Both the position numbers and the translations under genes were made by a program. Below, piece by piece: positions 58,886 through 64,000 of a DNA stretch of 64,000 bases (the stretch's first letter is position 1; each line of letters starts with the position of its first letter). Source of the DNA: Camelus dromedarius (lineage: Eukaryota); NCBI RefSeq assembly GCF_036321535.1, contig NC_087437.1, positions 121,770,001 to 121,834,000 of the forward strand, given 5' to 3'. The notes beneath the pieces were generated by a model. The model had not been told where the DNA came from. It was given only the letters and a program-made list of their open reading frames with translations, and searched no databases.

Positions 58886-61411
58886 GTGCTCCCCCTTGGT
58901 CCTAAATTCGACCAATATTTTGGGAGACATTTCGTGACCAATTTTGTCCCACGGTGCTTGGAAGGCTCATTCCTCGATCAGGTGAAGAATCTGTTGACAT
59001 ACCACTCAAAGTGCCAGTTTTGGATCAGGCCCTGTTGGTATTAAAAGTTCCCTGGATCACCTGTCTTACTAGTCTATTATGATCCAGGAGATGTTTACCC
59101 CTGGTTGCTCATTCCCATACCTAGAATCACACTATTACAATTATTTTATGCAGGGCTGTAAATTTTATCTATTTCCTCAAGATGTTTAGCCATCATCAAT
59201 CTTGCTGGAGGCCTGGTTACACACTGGGAAATGGAAAGGACAACAATTTTATAAAATAGACAGGATGTAAGTAATACAGTTAGTAACGTTACTGAAGTCA
59301 CAAGCAAGGATTTAATAGTTGAGAAGTTACATTTTTGGGTTAATATTTTGCTTGTGTTTCTGACTGAGCTTGAGTGATCTTGTAAGAAAATTCATATTTA
59401 TGGTCAGGCTCAGAGCGGGGATTATTAATTGGCTAGGTGAGGTCTCCCACCTTGTAATGTCAATAGTGGCGTAAACAGAACTATCATTCCTTTTTAGAAT
59501 AAATTTTCTGAGGGCTCTCTAGTTAGAGACTTGGAGTAGGGAAACCCACCAAGGTAACACAGAAGAACTAGACATGGGTAATTTACCATGAACCTAACAG
59601 TTGGATTAGTTCATAATCAAAGGTGTGCGCAAACATCTAAGTAATTGGTATGCAGGCCTGGCCCGGTGTCTTGGGCCAGCTGTCTACCTCAGATGTCGTC
59701 TTCTTCCCATGCTGGCCTGGTAGCTTTTTCTTCATTTGAGCATTGTTTTAAGGTGAGCAGTGTTCTATAGGCCAGTCCACTGCAGGGGCGCTTTCTGACT
59801 GGAAACTAATCCAAAAGTCAGCTTCCTTTAGCTTTCACTGTGTATGGTCTAGTTAAGAGTACCTGGTAAAGGGTCCTTCCATTCAGGTTGGAGACAGTTC
59901 TTTAAGTCATGTCTGTTCCAGTGTGTACAGCCCCCTGGTTGCAGATCATGGGGCATCGGATCTTTACCCAAGGATAGACTATTGAGCTTCAGAAGCAAAC
60001 CTAGAGTGTCCTTTTAATAATTCAATTAAACTTCGCAGCAATGTAACATTACAGCAAGGAATGATTTGGGAAGTGTCTTACTAAATATAGACCTCAATTA
60101 ACAAAACTAGAATTTAATATAATTATAACCATATTCATCAGTTTACTCAGTCCCATGTAACTAATCCTTTTGTTAACAGTTTTATGAAATCAGAGTTTTC
60201 ATTAGACCTTTAAAATTTCTTACCTAGTTGAGTTCAGTGCTATAAAGCATTTTGTAAAATCATCAGACTAAAACAATAACTGTCTATAAATGACAAAAGA
60301 TTTAACAGCATGGTTAAACACCGTTACACTGTAATCGATAAAGAAACCTGGTCACAATAATCAGAATTATGACTGGTAACGTTATTTCAGATATACCAGG
60401 ATTTTAGGGAGTCCATATAAATTCTAGAATATCTATATTAATAATATTTCTCATACAATATAACCTAGGAAGGTTTATTATTCATTTGACAATACCATGT
60501 TATTTATCATACCAAGTGAAACTTACTAGTTTAAAATCTCTCTTTGGGATGTTCCAGGGGCCCTCTGTAGCATCCCAAAGTTAGCTGGAGATCAAAAGAA
60601 CTTTAACCAGAAATTGATATTTGGGAAGCTTGTTAAAAAGTTTCAAAACACGTGGTCAGATAAAGTATGGATCACTGTGAAAGAGTGCTTACTCATTAAC
60701 AAGAAAATATTTCAAAGGGAAAGGCAGAACAGATCACTTAAGGGGTATGAGTAGCTTTACAATCTGTTACTGAAGGCAGATTAACATTTTAAGAAAACTT
60801 TGTCCTTTTAGCAGAGAGAAAACCAAATCTGGTCTTTTACTGGCTTACTTCTAAGATTCATTTACTTTGACCACATTTCTTCTAAACTTAGCCAGTCCCG
60901 ACCATGTACAAAACTCTCCTCAGGGTTCCTCTTCCACAAGCCTTCCACAGCTTTCTATACTCATGTTATTTTGTCCCTTAGTTTCTCTTTCGTCTAGAAG
61001 TGACCAGCTTCAGGACAAAGTCACTATTTTCCATTAACAAAATATAATTCCTTTCCTTATATCTTCCTTTACACATTCACCTTACTTTCCTAGGATGCTG
61101 AGATGTTTCCCTTAATAGTAGAGAACATTTCAGGGTGGCGCCAAACATTTATTAATATTTTTAAACACCTTTAGTTTCTCTGTAAGAGGAAGTCAAATGT
61201 TAAGTAATATTTCAATCTTATTTTATCTGAAAGTGGCATAGCTATTTAATAAACTCCCATCATTTAACTTAATTTAGCACAACTCTAGAATTTAAAGATA
61301 CCAAATATTTAGAGATTATTTTAAGCATGCATTTAAAAAATACATTTTAAAGAATTTACCCAAAAGGTCTCATCTCATTTGCATTTTAATTTACTTAGAA
61401 TTTTACCACAC

Positions 61412-61471
61412 ATTATTATTATTACTACTACTACTACTACTACTATTATTATTATTATTATTATTATTATT
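61412..61471. repeat. Compound microsatellite (ATT)n(ACT)n(ATT)n
   Basis: Directly visible. Confidence 0.95.
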
Positions 61472-62809
61472 TTGACAAACCTGCAACAGATATAACAGGA
61501 CCTTATTTGACTTTCATTAAACCTAGGCACAGTAAGCGTATTGCACTTAATATTGATGACTCTAAATATGTCTTTACTAATTAGAATGAACTTAAACTAA
61601 ACTTAATACCAAGCATTAACTTAACATTAAATATTTTCCAGTTCATGTGAACCTGAAAGTCAATTTGGTCAGTTTTTATTTTAAAAATACTAAATTTGTA
61701 AGCTCTTATTTTTACGTCAACTATGCAGAGCTGTTTCACTTTGATTTTTTTTTTTAGCAGGAGAAATATCTCATATCTATAATGTGTACACGGACTTATA
61801 TACAGACAAAAGCTAGCGATCTCGTAGCTTCACTTTAAAACTTACTTAGGAGTTAGGTGTTACAATATAAATTTACTGCTTACAAACAACAGTTGGAGCA
61901 AGCTGAATTTGCTTGCTCAAATCACTAAGGCTCACTGCTGATGAAAAAGACATTTAAGATTTCTTGACAAAGTCTGAAGGACCCTGTCAGAGTTCTGAGT
62001 TCTGAAATGCCAAAAATTTCTTTGGCCCTAAGTTGTACCTCGTTGAGCTGATTGGGCTCAGCCCTGGGTCTCGGTTTGCTGTATCTACGTTTCTGAGCTG
62101 CAAGACAAAGACAGACGCATCCAGTCCCCCAGAGAACTGCTCTGTCACCCATGCCCGGCTGTATCTCCTTAACGGGCTTTTCAGTTATCAGTGAGAAGAA
62201 CTCTAAACAAAGAAGTCCATGTTTTAAAACTTCAAGGTTTACTTTATCATGTCTTCAAAAGCTTGCAGGAGGCATTTAGTAAGGTCTCTTTTCCTTGAGT
62301 TGTAAGTTAAACCCAGGATAGATCTCTTATTATTTTTTTTATTAGCCCCTGAATATTAGTTTTTAGTTTTACTTTATATTGGATGGCTCAGGCAACTCTA
62401 TTGGTTTCCTTTAGTTTGTTTAAGTAATGTTTTCTGAGGGACAGATACGTGCCCAGCCTTATAATACCAAGAAGGGGAAGCGTTTTTCCATGGAAACATA
62501 TCTATCCCACAACATAATTAAGCAAAAGAGATTTATATAAAGCCCACTTAAATATGCCAACTTTACAAACTTTTGTCTCCATTTTATTAACTCTTATACC
62601 TTTAATTTTAATATTTATTAGGTTTAATCAATAATTCTTACTGCTAGAAGGGGTTCCAGGAGCCTTTTTCTTTTATTACTTGTCCACTTTATCTAATTTT
62701 TATATAAAAGTTTCTGGGATCCCTAAGTTTGAGCCAAAGGACTTAGGCCCTTGTCAATTTTTAATTTGAGTAATTGATTTGTTGCCCCAATCATTGATCA
62801 AGTATCTTA

Positions 62810-62810
<1 letters not shown>

Positions 62811-62851
<41 letters not shown>
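62811..62851. repeat. (TA)20 microsatellite
   Basis: Directly visible. Confidence 0.97.
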
Positions 62852-62854
<3 letters not shown>

Positions 62855-63680
62855 CTAGCCCTATAAATATATACATTTTAAACTGGGGTAAATAAAGCGG
62901 ACTTGTTTGAACTTTAATGTTGGGGACCAGTAGGTGATCCCTTTGGCCTTTTTTTTTTTAATTTTACGTAGTGTAGTATCAAAACCTTGTATCTAAATCC
63001 AAAAATGTCCATTTTATTTATCCCATTCAAAATAACCATCTAAAAAACATTTATCCATTTGGGATAAACCCCTTATTATTGTTAAGAAAAAATCTTTTGA
63101 CATTTTTACATTTCTTTTTTCAGTTACTCAACCTAATTAACATTAATTATTCTAATGTTTTTATTAGCATCTCTAAAACCCATTGAAGAGAAAGAGAAAA
63201 CACAAATGTAGCTTTCCAAACCAGTCTTTTCCCTCTTTTAAAGTAAGGTCTTAGGTTAACCATTAGATATATTTTTCCACCTTTAAACTTGATTGATTTT
63301 AATAGGTACCAATAAAACAGCTGTTTATAATGAGAGCTCTCTTAACTTTCACCAATTTAGAAGCTTTTCCACATTAAAGGATCCATCATATGGCCTTCAA
63401 TTAATACATGCATAGCGATCTTAAGCCAGTAAGATGAAAAGGCTTTTCCACATGAGAGTGGGGGGTGTTGCCTAAATAAATTTCAAAAGTTTACTCCCCA
63501 AAAGGTAAAGTCCTTTGTGGCCCCAGCTGATGCAATGAAGGTCAAAATGGCAAAATGCCTGAGAATTGGTACAATCAAAGAACCGCAGAGAATCCCAATT
63601 TATTTGCTTGGCCGCCACATGCACACAATACTTGTACCCTTTGCATGGCAGAGTCCAAGCCTTCCTTCAAATAAAAGGAA

Positions 63681-63706
63681 ACACACACACACACACACAC
63701 ACACAC
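63681..63706. repeat. (AC)13 microsatellite
   Basis: Directly visible. Confidence 0.95.
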
Positions 63707-64000
63707 AAAACACCCAGAGAAACACAGAACATCTACATTTCAAGGACACAGGAAGAGAAATCCAGGTTCCCCACAAAGGGGCTTTTGTTTTTATAAGGTC
63801 AGATTCCAGAAAATGTTTTATCAGGCCTGGCTAGTTACTTTCAGAGTGAGGTTTTTTAAATTCCCCATTAAGGCTGTAAGTGTTGTAGGTAAATAAGCCA
63901 GGCTGGGGTATTAGCTGGAGGCTGGCAATCTGTCATTTCTTTTCTTTTCTTTTTCTTTTTTTTTTTTTTTTGAAAGTTCACTTCCCCGTTCTAAGGCCGG

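Larger units (their letters stand above)
58886..64000 (-). mobile_element. ERV1-class internal region, degenerate or non-autonomous, continuing past the window edge
   Basis: Directly adjoins the PPT and LTR; ~59920-59805 on the minus strand gives frameshifted WNRHDLKNCLQPEWKDP/YQVLLT.../KLKEADFWI (gamma-like integrase C-terminus); AT-rich; no long ORFs. Confidence 0.78.

Overview
Mammalian genomic DNA, very GC-rich for the first ~58.9 kb and then abruptly AT-rich. It is probably from a camelid, judging by a tRNA-derived SINE at ~53.9 kb. The window holds the conserved convergent gene pair COL18A1 and SLC19A1. On the + strand are the last 36 coding exons of COL18A1 (333-23858), which splice into one open frame of ~1014 aa: end of the N-terminal non-collagenous region, interrupted Gly-X-Y domains, trimerisation domain, hinge and endostatin. 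On the - strand is the complete SLC19A1 CDS (reduced folate carrier; 5 coding exons, 44170-28484, 517 aa) with two upstream CpG islands that look like alternative promoters with non-coding first exons. The rest is introns, tandem repeats, old L1/MER2B/Tigger1/MLT1/MER3 remnants, a probable solo LTR, and a - strand ERV1-class provirus (MER41-like 3' LTR plus internal sequence) running off the right edge. Almost all ORF-track entries are GC-rich noise. I found no convincing new gene system. The best leads are a GC splice donor and a 70-nt intron in SLC19A1, a K393Q/C396R swap in SLC19A1, loss of the RGD motif and of one Gly-X-Y triplet in COL18A1, an intron-filling VNTR, nested TEs between the two 3' ends, GC remodelling of old TEs, and a MER41-like ERV upstream of the cGAMP importer. 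Comparisons with human/mouse proteins and repeat consensus sequences are from memory and need confirmation by alignment.
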